Of a DNA stretch of 35,983 nt, positions 1-8,785 are shown one piece after another; positions within the stretch are counted from its first letter, which is position 1, and every line of letters begins with the position of its first letter. The notes beneath the pieces were generated by a model. The model was not told the DNA's origin. It did no database searches and saw nothing but the letters and a program-made list of their open reading frames with translations. The stretch is from Fimbriimonadales bacterium (GTDB taxonomy: Bacteria; Armatimonadota; Fimbriimonadia; Fimbriimonadales; Fimbriimonadaceae): positions 1-35,983 of the forward strand of contig JBBSFL010000001.1 of assembly GCA_038238735.1 (NCBI GenBank). Reading direction: 5' to 3'. Position numbers and translations under genes: made by a program.

Positions 1-938
1 AAGGCATGACGCCGCGTTGGCACAGCCGGGTCGAGGATTCGGCAGCGGTGAAGACGTGGTCGCTTCGGAGGACTCTGCACGCCCACACCCCGGCGAGGTG
101 TGCCCTCCTGATCAATGCGATCGGGGCCGAGAGCGATCTTCGATATCGTAAATGGGCCACGACCTTTCACGAGCTAACCGGGCGTGAGCTGGACTCCATC
201 CAAGCCGACATCGTCGAGGCCCTCCGCGAAGGACCTCTCACGCGGCCCGAGCTTCACGCACGGGTCACCGATCTCAAGCACGTCCCCCACACGGGGTGGG
301 GGATCGACGTCATGGGCTTGGCCTTTCAGGGGCGGATTCGGCTGCAGATCTCGGGCAGCGGGCCGACTCGGTTCGTGGGTTGCGAAGCTCCTTCGCCGGT
401 CGACCCTCTGGTGGCCAAGACGGATTTGTTGCGAGCCTATCTGAGCGCCTACGGACCTGGGACCTACGCCGACTTTGCCTACTGGACGGGTCTCGCAATG
501 AGTTCGGTAAAACCTACATTCGCTGCCCTCATGCCCGAGCTCGCCGAGGTTTCCGTCGAGGGATTGACTGGAGATCGCTGGCTCCTCACAAGCGACGTGG
601 AAGAGGCGCAGAATCCCCCGCAAGTCGCGAAGATCAAGTTGCTCGCCAAGTTTGATCCGCTATCTATGGGGCATAAAGTGAAGGACCTCTGGCTCGACCC
701 AAAGATGCACGATCACGTCTTCCGCAAGGCGGGTCAAGTCGAGGCGGTCGTCCTCGTCCGAGGTCGAGCCGTCGCCACGTGGCGAGCCGAGATCGGCAAG
801 AGTGCCGTGATCAAAATCGAGCCGTTCAAGCCCCTCTCCCAGGCCAATCTCAAAGCCATCGAAATCGAGGCCCGAAGGATGGCGAAGCGTCTATGGCAAA
901 CACCACTTTCTGACATCAAAATCGTCCCCACGCCCTGA
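1..938 (+). CDS. Winged-helix DNA-binding protein of the YcaQ/AlkZ family (DUF1006); the 5' end probably lies outside the window
   Basis: Track ORF 6..938. The frame stays open back to base 3 with no upstream stop. Family-typical segments are present: WSLRRTLH, AYLSAYGPGTYADFAYWTGL, KFDPLSMGH and VVLVRGRAVATWR. Full-length members are longer than 310 aa. Confidence 0.7.
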   Translation, partial: GMTPRWHSRVEDSAAVKTWSLRRTLHAHTPARCALLINAIGAESDLRYRKWATTFHELTGRELDSIQADIVEALREGPLTRPELHARVTDLKHVPHTGWGIDVMGLAFQGRIRLQISGSGPTRFVGCEAPSPVDPLVAKTDLLRAYLSAYGPGTYADFAYWTGLAMSSVKPTFAALMPELAEVSVEGLTGDRWLLTSDVEEAQNPPQVAKIKLLAKFDPLSMGHKVKDLWLDPKMHDHVFRKAGQVEAVVLVRGRAVATWRAEIGKSAVIKIEPFKPLSQANLKAIEIEARRMAKRLWQTPLSDIKIVPTP

Positions 939-1239
939 CGTTTTTGCTGGTGTACTTCGTTCTATAAATCCTGCGCATATCTGGGCTGGATTCGCTCTTA
1001 CCTGGAGAGTCTTCTTGACGAACTATGAATTGCGGTGAATTGGTGCAATTCCGAGATATAGGGCGCGAAAATCCTTGCCGATGATTCCATCGTAGGGCAA
1101 TCCGCCACCTCGAAATCGCACCCTTCGCCGCTAGGTACGCACCTGCGACCAACGAGATCAGCGCCGATTTCGATGTCCCCGCTTTATTGCCAGGGGCTTG
1201 GACGCAATAGCGCGGAATACGCCTACACGGAAGGTTCAA

Positions 1240-1959
1240 ATGGCGTTACGATTTAAGCTTGCTTTTGGTGTTTTGGCCGGACTCGCGTCGGCCTTCGTCT
1301 CCGCTGCCGAATTTCAAGGCAGCAATCGAGTGATGGATGTCATGCTGCACCACCTTGATCGCGCTCAGTCGAGCCTCGATGCGGGTGATGTGAAGTCGGC
1401 AATGGCTTGGACAGAGGCGGTCATGATGGACCGCCAAGAAAAAGTCTATCTCGATCTGTCATGTGCAGGAAATCAGTCGTCCACTGCCGCGAACGCCTTC
1501 AAGGGCGCCCTCCAGATGTGGCTCGATTCGCTGCCCAACGCGGCCGATCTGTTGTTTGTCAAGTCTGAGTCTGAGGCCGACGTCGTCGTCCGCTTCAACC
1601 CTCAGGTCGTGAGCGAGGGTTTGAACGTCGCGGGCAACATTCAGTGGTCCCGCTCGATTGTCCCCTACGCCGATGGACAGGTTCGCGCCAGCGTGAAAGC
1701 AGTCATCCAGGTTCGCACCGAGCGTCCGGGCTCCAACCAGCCGATGAGCTTCGAACTCATGCGCCACACGTGCGCCCATGAGATCGGCCACCTACTCGGA
1801 CTTGGCGACAGCTATCGTGTGGGCGACCTGATGGGACCCCTCGACCTACGCGCCCCCGTTTCGAAGCTCAGCGAAACGGAGCTCCAAGCCATGCGCGAAA
1901 TGCGGGACCAAGCGTCGCGAATTCGCGGCATCGCGCTCCTAAGCGCCGCAGGACGCTAA
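1240..1959 (+). CDS. Secreted matrixin-like (metzincin) zinc metalloprotease
   Basis: Zinc motif HEIGHLLGLGD (HExxHxxGxxD). Start re-set to the ATG at 1240, which is preceded by GGAAGG. That gives the signal peptide MALRFKLAFGVLAGLASAFVSAAEF. The track start at 1198 is a TTG extension. Confidence 0.75.
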   Translation: MALRFKLAFGVLAGLASAFVSAAEFQGSNRVMDVMLHHLDRAQSSLDAGDVKSAMAWTEAVMMDRQEKVYLDLSCAGNQSSTAANAFKGALQMWLDSLPNAADLLFVKSESEADVVVRFNPQVVSEGLNVAGNIQWSRSIVPYADGQVRASVKAVIQVRTERPGSNQPMSFELMRHTCAHEIGHLLGLGDSYRVGDLMGPLDLRAPVSKLSETELQAMREMRDQASRIRGIALLSAAGR

Positions 1960-1972
1960 GCGCAATCCAACG

Positions 1973-2010
1973 GGCAGGACGTTCGAACGACGGACGTCTT
2001 GCCTGCTTTG
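1973..2010 (+). terminator. Candidate intrinsic terminator after the metalloprotease gene
   Basis: GGCAGGACGT (1973-1982) pairs with ACGTCTTGCC (1994-2003), with one G-U pair. A weak T-containing tail TGCTTTG follows. Confidence 0.45.
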
Positions 2011-2047
2011 CCTCCGATTCTTAGTTTGCTCCCCAGTCTTGAACCTG

Positions 2048-2072
2048 TGGCACGGGGCTTGCCGACTATAAT
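2048..2072 (+). promoter_or_regulatory. Candidate promoter elements abutting the GTG start at 2079: a sigma-54-like TGGCACG-N4-TTGC and a TATAAT box
   Basis: TGGCACGGGGCTTGC lies at 2048-2062 and TATAAT at 2067-2072. Only 6 nt separate the TATAAT from the GTG. No Shine-Dalgarno sequence is visible. Confidence 0.4.
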
Positions 2073-2078
2073 CCCCTT

Positions 2079-3881
2079 GTGCGTCTCGAAGAGGCCCTAA
2101 AGGCCGACGTTCTTCTCGGTGACGGCGCGAATGGCACCTGTCTCGCCGCGCTCGGGTTCACCCGCCAGCCCTACGATCTCGCGAATCTGATGGCGCCCGA
2201 TCTTGTGCGTCAAGTTCATCAGCAGTACTTCGACGCCGGGTCCGACTTCGTCGAGACGAACACGTTCGCCGGAAACCGCATTCGTCTTCTGGAGTTCAAC
2301 GTCGACGCCCGCGAGCTCTGCCTCGCCGGAGCCCGGCTCGCGAGAGAAGCCGCTGGCGATCGGCTAGTTCTGGGAGCCATCGGCCCGTGCGGCAAACCCC
2401 TGGAGCCAATCGGCCACGTTACCGAAGCCGAATACAAGGAAGCGATTCGAGAGCAGGCGAAAGCTCTCGCCGACGGCGGAGTGGACGGCTTCATCCTCGA
2501 AACCTTCATCGACATGTGCGAGCTGCGCTACGCGGTCGAAGCCGTCCACGAGGTCAGCGATCTCCCGATCATCGTCAGCAAGGCGTACATCGAGGACGGC
2601 GAGATGCTGGCGGAGGGCCTCCCGATGCGTACCGCCAAAGAGATGAGCGACTTGAACGTAGTCGCGGTCGGCGCGAACTGCATCGTCGGGCCCCAAAGGA
2701 TGCTCGACCTGGTGCGGCAAATCGCCGAAAACACGGAGCTCCCAATCATCGCTTTCCCCACGCCTGGTCTGCCGCAATTGGTGAAGGGCCAGATCGTGTA
2801 CGACCAGCGCCCCGAGTATTTCGCGAAAGCCACGATGCGCCTCGTCGAAGAAGGCGCGAAGATCGTGGGAGGCTGCTGCGGCACCGGCCCCGAACACATT
2901 CGCGAAATCCGGCGCCTCTTGTCAAAGGGCAAGATCAAGATCAAGCCCCGAGGCAGCGTCCTTCGCGAGGCGAAGGAACGCGAGCCGCTTCCCGAAAGCG
3001 AGCCGAGCGAGCTCTGCCAGAAGCTGGGGCATAAATTCATCACGGCGGTTGAACTGGACGTGCCGCGCGGACTGAACCTCGACAAGCTTCTCGCCGGCTG
3101 CAAGCAGATGAAGATCGCGGGTGCCGACGTGATTAACATCTCCGACGGCGCGCGCGCCAGGCTGCGCGTAAATCCTGCATCGGTTTGCACGCTTATCCAG
3201 CGACAGATCGGCATCGAGACGACGATGCATTTCGCCTGTCGCGATAGAAATCTGCTCGCCATCCAAGCCGACCTTCTCGGTTGCCACGCGGTGGGAGTGC
3301 GGAACATTCTCGCCGTAACCGGCGATCCCGCCAACGTGGGCGACTATCCCAGCGCCACCAGCGTCTTCGATATCGACGCGATCGGCCTCATTCGGGTGCT
3401 GTCCCGCTTCAACGAAGGCATTGACCTCGCGGGGTACTCGGTCGGGGTGCGATGCGCGTTCACGATTTGCTGCGCTTTCAACCCGGGCTCGCACGATCCA
3501 AAGACCGAGCTCGACCGGCTAAAGCGGAAGGTCGAGGGAGGCGCGCACGTCGTCTACACGCAGCCCGTCTTCTCGGTGGAGAAGGCGGAGCAGGTCGCGG
3601 AGATTTGCACCAAACTCGGCGTTCCCGTCTTCATGGGTGTTTTGCCCGTGCGGTCGGCTCGCCACGCCGAATTCATGCACAACGAAGTTCCTGGAGTGGA
3701 AATCCCTGACGAACTGCGCAAGCGCATGGCGGACGCCAAAGACGACGCTTCTGCTCTTGAAATCGGAGTTGGGGAATCGCAGAGGCTCGCTTCGACGTTG
3801 AAAGGAATGGCGCAGGGGATGTACCTCATGCCCCCCTTCGGCAACGCGCGGATCGCGCAAAGCGTCATCGAAGCCCTCTAG
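2079..3881 (+). CDS. Bifunctional homocysteine S-methyltransferase / 5,10-methylenetetrahydrofolate reductase (YitJ type)
   Basis: The N-terminal half is a Hcy-binding domain (LLGDGANGT, ETNTFAGN, GANC, GGCCGTGPEHI zinc-Cys motifs). The C-terminal half is an MTHFR domain (VELDVPRG, INISDGARA, AVTGDP). GTG start. Confidence 0.9.
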   Translation: MRLEEALKADVLLGDGANGTCLAALGFTRQPYDLANLMAPDLVRQVHQQYFDAGSDFVETNTFAGNRIRLLEFNVDARELCLAGARLAREAAGDRLVLGAIGPCGKPLEPIGHVTEAEYKEAIREQAKALADGGVDGFILETFIDMCELRYAVEAVHEVSDLPIIVSKAYIEDGEMLAEGLPMRTAKEMSDLNVVAVGANCIVGPQRMLDLVRQIAENTELPIIAFPTPGLPQLVKGQIVYDQRPEYFAKATMRLVEEGAKIVGGCCGTGPEHIREIRRLLSKGKIKIKPRGSVLREAKEREPLPESEPSELCQKLGHKFITAVELDVPRGLNLDKLLAGCKQMKIAGADVINISDGARARLRVNPASVCTLIQRQIGIETTMHFACRDRNLLAIQADLLGCHAVGVRNILAVTGDPANVGDYPSATSVFDIDAIGLIRVLSRFNEGIDLAGYSVGVRCAFTICCAFNPGSHDPKTELDRLKRKVEGGAHVVYTQPVFSVEKAEQVAEICTKLGVPVFMGVLPVRSARHAEFMHNEVPGVEIPDELRKRMADAKDDASALEIGVGESQRLASTLKGMAQGMYLMPPFGNARIAQSVIEAL

Positions 3882-3884
3882 CCT

Positions 3885-4700
3885 ATGCCGCATCAAAAAC
3901 ACTCCCGACGCAAGTTCCTGATGGCGGGGGCCTTCGCCGGGCTTGGCATCGCAGGGATGGGCGACCTAGGATCGCGCGAGATCGTCATCGAGCGCCATGA
4001 GCTGAAGTTGCCCAAGTGGGACGCCGAGGGGATGAAGATCGCCGTCTTGGCCGACCTCCACCTGCGCGATAGCGCGGCCGCCGAAAGAGCCCGCCGCGCC
4101 CACGAAATGGCCGTCGCCGAAAAGCCCGATCTGATCGTCAACGTCGGCGACTTCGTCAGCGTTTTCGAGGCTCCCCACCGCAAGTTCCTCGCCCACTGCC
4201 TGGAGCCTCTGCACGAGGCAAAGTGCCCCTGCGTCGGCATCCTAGGGAACCACGACTTCGCTTCTAACTACCCGAGGCTTGTCGCCGAAGGAATCATGGC
4301 GGCCTCGCCAATGCGCATCTTGATGAACGAGCTCATCGATGTGCAGGGCGTCAGCATTTCTGGCCTGACCGATTGCCTTATCGGCATCCCGGATTGGAAT
4401 GTGCCACGCTCGCGTCTGACTTCGCGCTCTTTCCTAAGCCTGGTCCACGAACCCGACTACGTGGAAAGCAACCCTCAGTCCGTTAGCCTTCAAATCAGCG
4501 GCCATAGCCACGGCGGCCAAATTTGCCTGCCTGGAGGCATCCCGCTCCACACTCCCTACGGAAGCAGAAAATTCGTCGCGGGTTTCTATCCCGATGCGGA
4601 AGTGCCGCTTTACGTGTCCCGCGGCATCGGTACCAGCGGGCCCAAATGGCGCATCTTCTGCCCACCCGAACTCACCCTTCTCACTCTGCGCGGGATGTGA
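3885..4700 (+). CDS. Tat-signal metallophosphoesterase
   Basis: Twin-arginine leader SRRKFLMAGAFAGLGIAG. Calcineurin-like motifs are present: VLADLHL, VGDFV, GNHD, GHSHGGQ. It starts 3 nt after the upstream stop. Confidence 0.85.
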   Translation: MPHQKHSRRKFLMAGAFAGLGIAGMGDLGSREIVIERHELKLPKWDAEGMKIAVLADLHLRDSAAAERARRAHEMAVAEKPDLIVNVGDFVSVFEAPHRKFLAHCLEPLHEAKCPCVGILGNHDFASNYPRLVAEGIMAASPMRILMNELIDVQGVSISGLTDCLIGIPDWNVPRSRLTSRSFLSLVHEPDYVESNPQSVSLQISGHSHGGQICLPGGIPLHTPYGSRKFVAGFYPDAEVPLYVSRGIGTSGPKWRIFCPPELTLLTLRGM

Positions 4701-4734
4701 AGAAGACCGGGCAGAGCCGCAAGACGATGGTCGC

Positions 4735-5943
4735 TTAGCTTGGAGGAAGCAGGTGGCCCATCTTGTCGCGCTTGGTTGCCAAATACTTCGTCCGCGGGCC
4801 CGACGGGCCCGCTATCAAAGGCACGTGCTCGACGATTTCCAGGCCGTACCCTTGCAGGCCGGCAACCTTTTTCGGGTTGTTTGTCATCAAACGCAACTTG
4901 CGCAAGCCCAAATCTGCCAATACCTGGGCGCCGATCCCGTAGTCCCGAAGATCGGCTTTAAACCCGAGCGCGAGGTTGGCCTCAACTGTATCCATCCCCT
5001 TATCCTGCAGCTCATATGCACGAAGTTTGTTGACGAGACCGATACCGCGCCCCTCTTGGGCGATATACAACACTAGCCCGCGTCCCTCCTCCTCGATCAT
5101 CTCCAGCGCCATCTGAAGCTGGTCGCCGCAGTCGCACCGCAAGGACCCGAGCAAGTCTCCGGTCAGGCACGACGAGTGGATCCGCACCAGGACCGGCTCT
5201 TCCGACGCAACATCGCCCTTCACGATCGCCACGTACGGATCGCGCTCCACGTCCGGCTCGTATACGTACAGCTTAAAGTCGCCAAACTTGGTGGGAAAGT
5301 CTATCGGCCCAGCAACTCTCGCGACCAACTTCTCATTCTTGCGGCGATAGGCGATCAGATCGGCGATCGTGATGATCTTCAAACCGTGCTTCTGGGAGAA
5401 GGGCACCAGTCCGTCGAGGCGCATCATTGTGCCATCGTCGTTCAGGATCTCGCACCCGACGCCGACGGGGCGAAATCCCGCCAGGGTTACCAAATCGACG
5501 ATCGCTTCAGTATGCCCGGCCCGTCGCAGAACCCCGCCCGCCTCGGCACGTAGAGGAATCACGTGCCCCGGACGGGCGAGATCGCTCGGCTTCGCGTCGG
5601 AATCGCAGAAGACCTCTACGGTTCGGGCTCGGTCGAATGCCGAAACTCCGGTCGTCGCCCCATGAAGCGCGTCGACCGTCTCCGCCATCGCCGTGCCATG
5701 ACGTGCCGTATTCTGCTTGGTCATCATCGGCACGCCTAGCTCTTGGAGACGCGCCGCGCTCGTCGGAATGAAGGGAACGCCACGCCCGTGGATGAGCATG
5801 AAGTTCATTGCCTCGGGAGTGCACCGCTCCCCGGCGATCACCAGGTCTCCCTCGTTCTCCCGGTCGGGATCGTCGACGACGATAATCAATCGCCCCGCCT
5901 TGATGTCTTCAAGCGCCTCAGGAATCGATGCGAATTCGCTCAC
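4735..5943 (-). CDS. ribBA: Bifunctional 3,4-dihydroxy-2-butanone-4-phosphate synthase / GTP cyclohydrolase II
   Basis: DRENEGDL, RAGHTEA, HSSCLTGD..CDCG, EGRGIGL and VEAN motifs are present. Start re-set to the GTG at 5943 (VSEFASIPEALEDIKAGR), which matches the usual short N-terminus. The track ORF extends to 6138 across the divergent GNAT gene. Confidence 0.9.
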   Translation of the reverse strand: MSEFASIPEALEDIKAGRLIIVVDDPDRENEGDLVIAGERCTPEAMNFMLIHGRGVPFIPTSAARLQELGVPMMTKQNTARHGTAMAETVDALHGATTGVSAFDRARTVEVFCDSDAKPSDLARPGHVIPLRAEAGGVLRRAGHTEAIVDLVTLAGFRPVGVGCEILNDDGTMMRLDGLVPFSQKHGLKIITIADLIAYRRKNEKLVARVAGPIDFPTKFGDFKLYVYEPDVERDPYVAIVKGDVASEEPVLVRIHSSCLTGDLLGSLRCDCGDQLQMALEMIEEEGRGLVLYIAQEGRGIGLVNKLRAYELQDKGMDTVEANLALGFKADLRDYGIGAQVLADLGLRKLRLMTNNPKKVAGLQGYGLEIVEHVPLIAGPSGPRTKYLATKRDKMGHLLPPS

Positions 5944-6010
5944 GCTTGATTCTACGTGCCCGAGCGGCCTCGCGGTGGTAGTTGAAGCAGCCACCGGTAA
6001 CATCACGAGC

Positions 6011-6508
6011 ATGGATGCGCGAATTCGGGAGGCCCAACCAGCCGACGTCCCGGCCATTCTGGCGCTCATTATCGAACTCGCCGAATACGAACGCCTGAGC
6101 CATGAGGTCGTTGCCACTGAAGAGCTCATCCACAACACTCTCTTCGGACCAAAGAACGTCGCCGAAGTCTTGATCGCCGAAGACCGCGAAGGAATTGCGG
6201 GCTTCGCCTTGTTCTTTCACAACTGCTCCTCGTTCCTGGGGAGGTCAGGCATCTATCTCGAAGACCTGTTCGTTCGCCCGCCGCATCGGGGCAAAGGAAT
6301 CGGCAAACAACTCCTCAAGCATCTGGCCCGAATCGCCAAACAGCGGGGATGTGGCCGGTTGGAATGGTCCGTCCTGGACTGGAACGAAGACGCCATCCGC
6401 TTCTACAAATCTATCGAAGCCGTCCCAATGGATGGCTGGACGGTGTACCGCCTTACCGGCCCTGCCTTGGATAGACTCGGTGAACAATCCGGCAGCCTTG
6501 CGGGGTGA
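6011..6508 (+). CDS. GNAT family N-acetyltransferase (diamine/spermidine acetyltransferase-like)
   Basis: Start re-set to the ATG at 6011 (MDARIREAQPADVPAIL). Acetyl-CoA motif RGKGIGKQLL. LEWSVLDWNEDAIRFY is typical of the SSAT-like subgroup. Confidence 0.85.
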   Translation: MDARIREAQPADVPAILALIIELAEYERLSHEVVATEELIHNTLFGPKNVAEVLIAEDREGIAGFALFFHNCSSFLGRSGIYLEDLFVRPPHRGKGIGKQLLKHLARIAKQRGCGRLEWSVLDWNEDAIRFYKSIEAVPMDGWTVYRLTGPALDRLGEQSGSLAG

Positions 6509-6782
6509 GGGTCGGGCAAACCTGAAGTAAGTTGTGAGGGTGGCTCGCACCTGGTTCGTAGCACCGCCCGCTGGAATTCAAGATACCTTTCCCGCGGGCG
6601 TGGGCATGGAGATTCTTCTCGCGGAGATGCGACAAGCGTTCTTGGCGGATGCCAAGCTGGGCACCGCCATTGTGAATCCCGTCAGAATTGCCCTGCGGCT
6701 CGTGTCGGATGGGTTCAGCCCGGCCGCCGCTCGCTGGCTAGTCCGCGAGGGAATGATTTCCGCTTGCGTTTACGAGATAGGC

Positions 6783-6823
6783 ACAAACAAAAAGAGCCCG
6801 GCTGCCAAACAGCGGCCGGGCTC
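6783..6823 (-). terminator. Intrinsic terminator for the minus-strand EEP gene
   Basis: GAGCCCGGC (6794-6802) pairs with GCCGGGCTC (6815-6823). The A-rich tract 6783-6793 reads TTTTTGTTTGT on the minus strand, directly downstream of the stop at 6836. Confidence 0.7.
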
Positions 6824-6835
6824 ATCGAAGTAAGC

Positions 6836-7987
6836 CTAGGCCTGCCGCCGCCGGCGAAGCACCGTTAGAGTGCCAAGGCCGAGAGCGACCAAGGTGGCCG
6901 GCTCAGGCGTCGCCTGATACTGCAGGTCTAGGAACACGGGCAAGTGCCCGCCATCGGTGCCGGTGCTGTTGATCAGCGCCTGGGCGATGCCCGCACCGAC
7001 CATCTGGTTGTTCGTTACCGTCAAGGTCGTATTGAAGCTGGTTCCATCGTTGCCCCATGCCCGATAGGAATGGTTCGGATCGTTCCAAGTTGTCGTGCTA
7101 TAGGTCTGGGTTGTGTCGCCGACGTAGTGCAGCGAGTTCGCGCTGTTCGCCAAGTTCTGGCTGATTAGAAGCTGATCGAACCGGTCGTCCATGCCGCCGC
7201 CGCCCGGACTCGGCGCCTGCGTGTGGACAAATCGGTAGGCGTTCGCCGCATTCCAATTTCCAGGAGTTTTGATCGGATCGACGAACCGGCCGTTGTTATT
7301 CGCGGTGGACCCCACGAAGGTCTGATAGCTCTGCTCGGTGGAGGTTTGGACGTTCATGTCGCCTCCGAAGATGAAGCTGTAGTTGGAGCCCAGGGAGTTG
7401 GCATTGTTACGGATCGCCGTGGCCGTGACGTTTCTCCGGTCGGCGTCGGATGGCGCGGTTGGGCTGGTGCCCGCCTTCATGTGACTCCCATAAAGGGCCA
7501 GTACCTGGCTAGAGTTGGCATTGCCAACAATCGAGAAGTCGCCACGAAACACGTCGCGAGGACTTCCGCTCGTGCTGTTTCCGTCGATGAGCGTGGGATT
7601 CGTGCCGACAGGGGTTAGCTTACTAGTGCGGTAGTAGTACACCAAGTCGTTCCCGGCAGTGTTGCTATTGCCCATGTTGGCCGGGTTATAAAACGCGGCC
7701 CAGTCGTGAGCGCTCGTGTTGTAGGTGTTCGTATTCAGCGCCGACAGAAACGGATTGACCCCGTTCGCCCAAATCTCCTGAGCGATGATGACGTCGGGAT
7801 TCATGCTTCGTCCCTGAAATGTGTCGAAGACGGCTTGCTGGATATCCGCAGTTCGGCCGCCGGCGTAGACCGAAACATTCCATGCGGCTACGCGGATCTG
7901 GCCCGCCCCGGCAAATACCGTCATCGAGAACAGGACAAGCCCGCTTATCACAGCGCGGGACGAAAGGCGAAGGTTTCGGTTAGTCAT
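6836..7987 (-). CDS. Secreted endonuclease/exonuclease/phosphatase (EEP) family protein with a PEP-CTERM anchor
   Basis: N-terminal signal peptide, then the EEP-type start IRVAAWNV. The C-terminus PEPATLVALGLGTLTVLRRRRQA is a canonical PEP-CTERM signal (PEP, TM helix, Arg cluster). Confidence 0.8.
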   Translation of the reverse strand: MTNRNLRLSSRAVISGLVLFSMTVFAGAGQIRVAAWNVSVYAGGRTADIQQAVFDTFQGRSMNPDVIIAQEIWANGVNPFLSALNTNTYNTSAHDWAAFYNPANMGNSNTAGNDLVYYYRTSKLTPVGTNPTLIDGNSTSGSPRDVFRGDFSIVGNANSSQVLALYGSHMKAGTSPTAPSDADRRNVTATAIRNNANSLGSNYSFIFGGDMNVQTSTEQSYQTFVGSTANNNGRFVDPIKTPGNWNAANAYRFVHTQAPSPGGGGMDDRFDQLLISQNLANSANSLHYVGDTTQTYSTTTWNDPNHSYRAWGNDGTSFNTTLTVTNNQMVGAGIAQALINSTGTDGGHLPVFLDLQYQATPEPATLVALGLGTLTVLRRRRQA

Positions 7988-8086
7988 GCAATTCCACAGC
8001 GTCGAGACGCGACAAGGGCTGGCCCACTTCAGCGGACCAAAAGGAAACGGGAGCGCTCGCTGGCGCCCCCGTTTGGGTGAGAGGAT

Positions 8087-8785
8087 TCACTTGCTACTGC
8101 GTCGGCGGCGGATCAGTGCGATCGCTCCGAGTCCCAGAGCGGCCATCGTTGCGGGCTCAGGTGTGGTCTGCGAGATGGTGAAGTTATCGACCCGGTCCGT
8201 ACCCGTGGCCGCGACGGCTGCTCCATTGGCCGAGACCGTGCTGTTGTTGACTAACCGGAAGGTAACCGAAGCCGCGTTATTCAGGGCCGTAACAGCGCCA
8301 AGATTGAACGAGAAGTTGAACTCCGGGTGGTTGACCGTGGCGCTCCACACGTTGTTCGGAGCGGCATTTGCGAGCACGGTGTAAGTAGAACCGAACTGGG
8401 TAAAGCCTCCGCCATTGACGCTGTAGAGGAGCGCAAAATCGCGAGGGCCGGTATTGCTGCTCGTTTGATCGAACGAGACGGTGATGCCGGAGAATCCAGT
8501 CGTCGAAGCGCTGAATTGGTAGTAATCGTTCACATTCCAACCGTTGGAGCTGAACGAGTGAGCCGAACCGTTGCCGGAAGGACTGCTGTACGTTGGAGTT
8601 CCGATCGTGCCAGAGTGGAACGCAGTGGCTTGACCGGGATTGGTTCCAAGTTCCGCCGTGAATGGGCCGACGGTCGTCGGGGCCGAAGTCTCGAAAGTCC
8701 AATCGGAAATGACGACCTGGGCATGAGCAGAGACTGCTGCGAACGAAATGGCCGCGATCAATGTCGGGTAGATAAACTTTTTCAT
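8087..8785 (-). CDS. PEP-CTERM sorting domain protein, function unknown
   Basis: Signal peptide MKKFIYPTLIAAISFAAVSAHAQ. Ser/Thr/Asn/Gly-rich beta-type body. C-terminus TPEPATMAALGLGAIALIRRRRSSK. Confidence 0.8.
   Translation of the reverse strand: MKKFIYPTLIAAISFAAVSAHAQVVISDWTFETSAPTTVGPFTAELGTNPGQATAFHSGTIGTPTYSSPSGNGSAHSFSSNGWNVNDYYQFSASTTGFSGITVSFDQTSSNTGPRDFALLYSVNGGGFTQFGSTYTVLANAAPNNVWSATVNHPEFNFSFNLGAVTALNNAASVTFRLVNNSTVSANGAAVAATGTDRVDNFTISQTTPEPATMAALGLGAIALIRRRRSSK

Noticed and set aside
916-1239. 107-aa minus-strand ORF in the gap before the metalloprotease gene
   Set aside because: The translation is Arg/Ser-rich and low-complexity-like, with no start context, no motifs, and no neighbouring minus-strand genes.
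1960-2078. S-box (SAM-I) riboswitch, as found upstream of Bacillus yitJ
   Set aside because: The gap is only 119 nt, and about 38 nt of it is the upstream gene's terminator hairpin. I saw no S-box-like conserved strings.
5944-6138. 65-aa N-terminal extension of the ribBA track ORF (MLWMSSSVATTSWLRR...)
   Set aside because: It overlaps the divergent GNAT gene and is Ser/Ala/Arg-rich, unlike any RibBA. The GTG at 5943 gives the canonical short N-terminus before IPEALEDIKAGR.
6534-6833. 99-aa plus-strand ORF between the GNAT gene and the EEP gene
   Set aside because: Its composition is moderately coding-like, but there is no SD and no motif. Its 3' end runs through the intrinsic terminator hairpin (6794-6823) of the convergent gene. 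I cannot support it.
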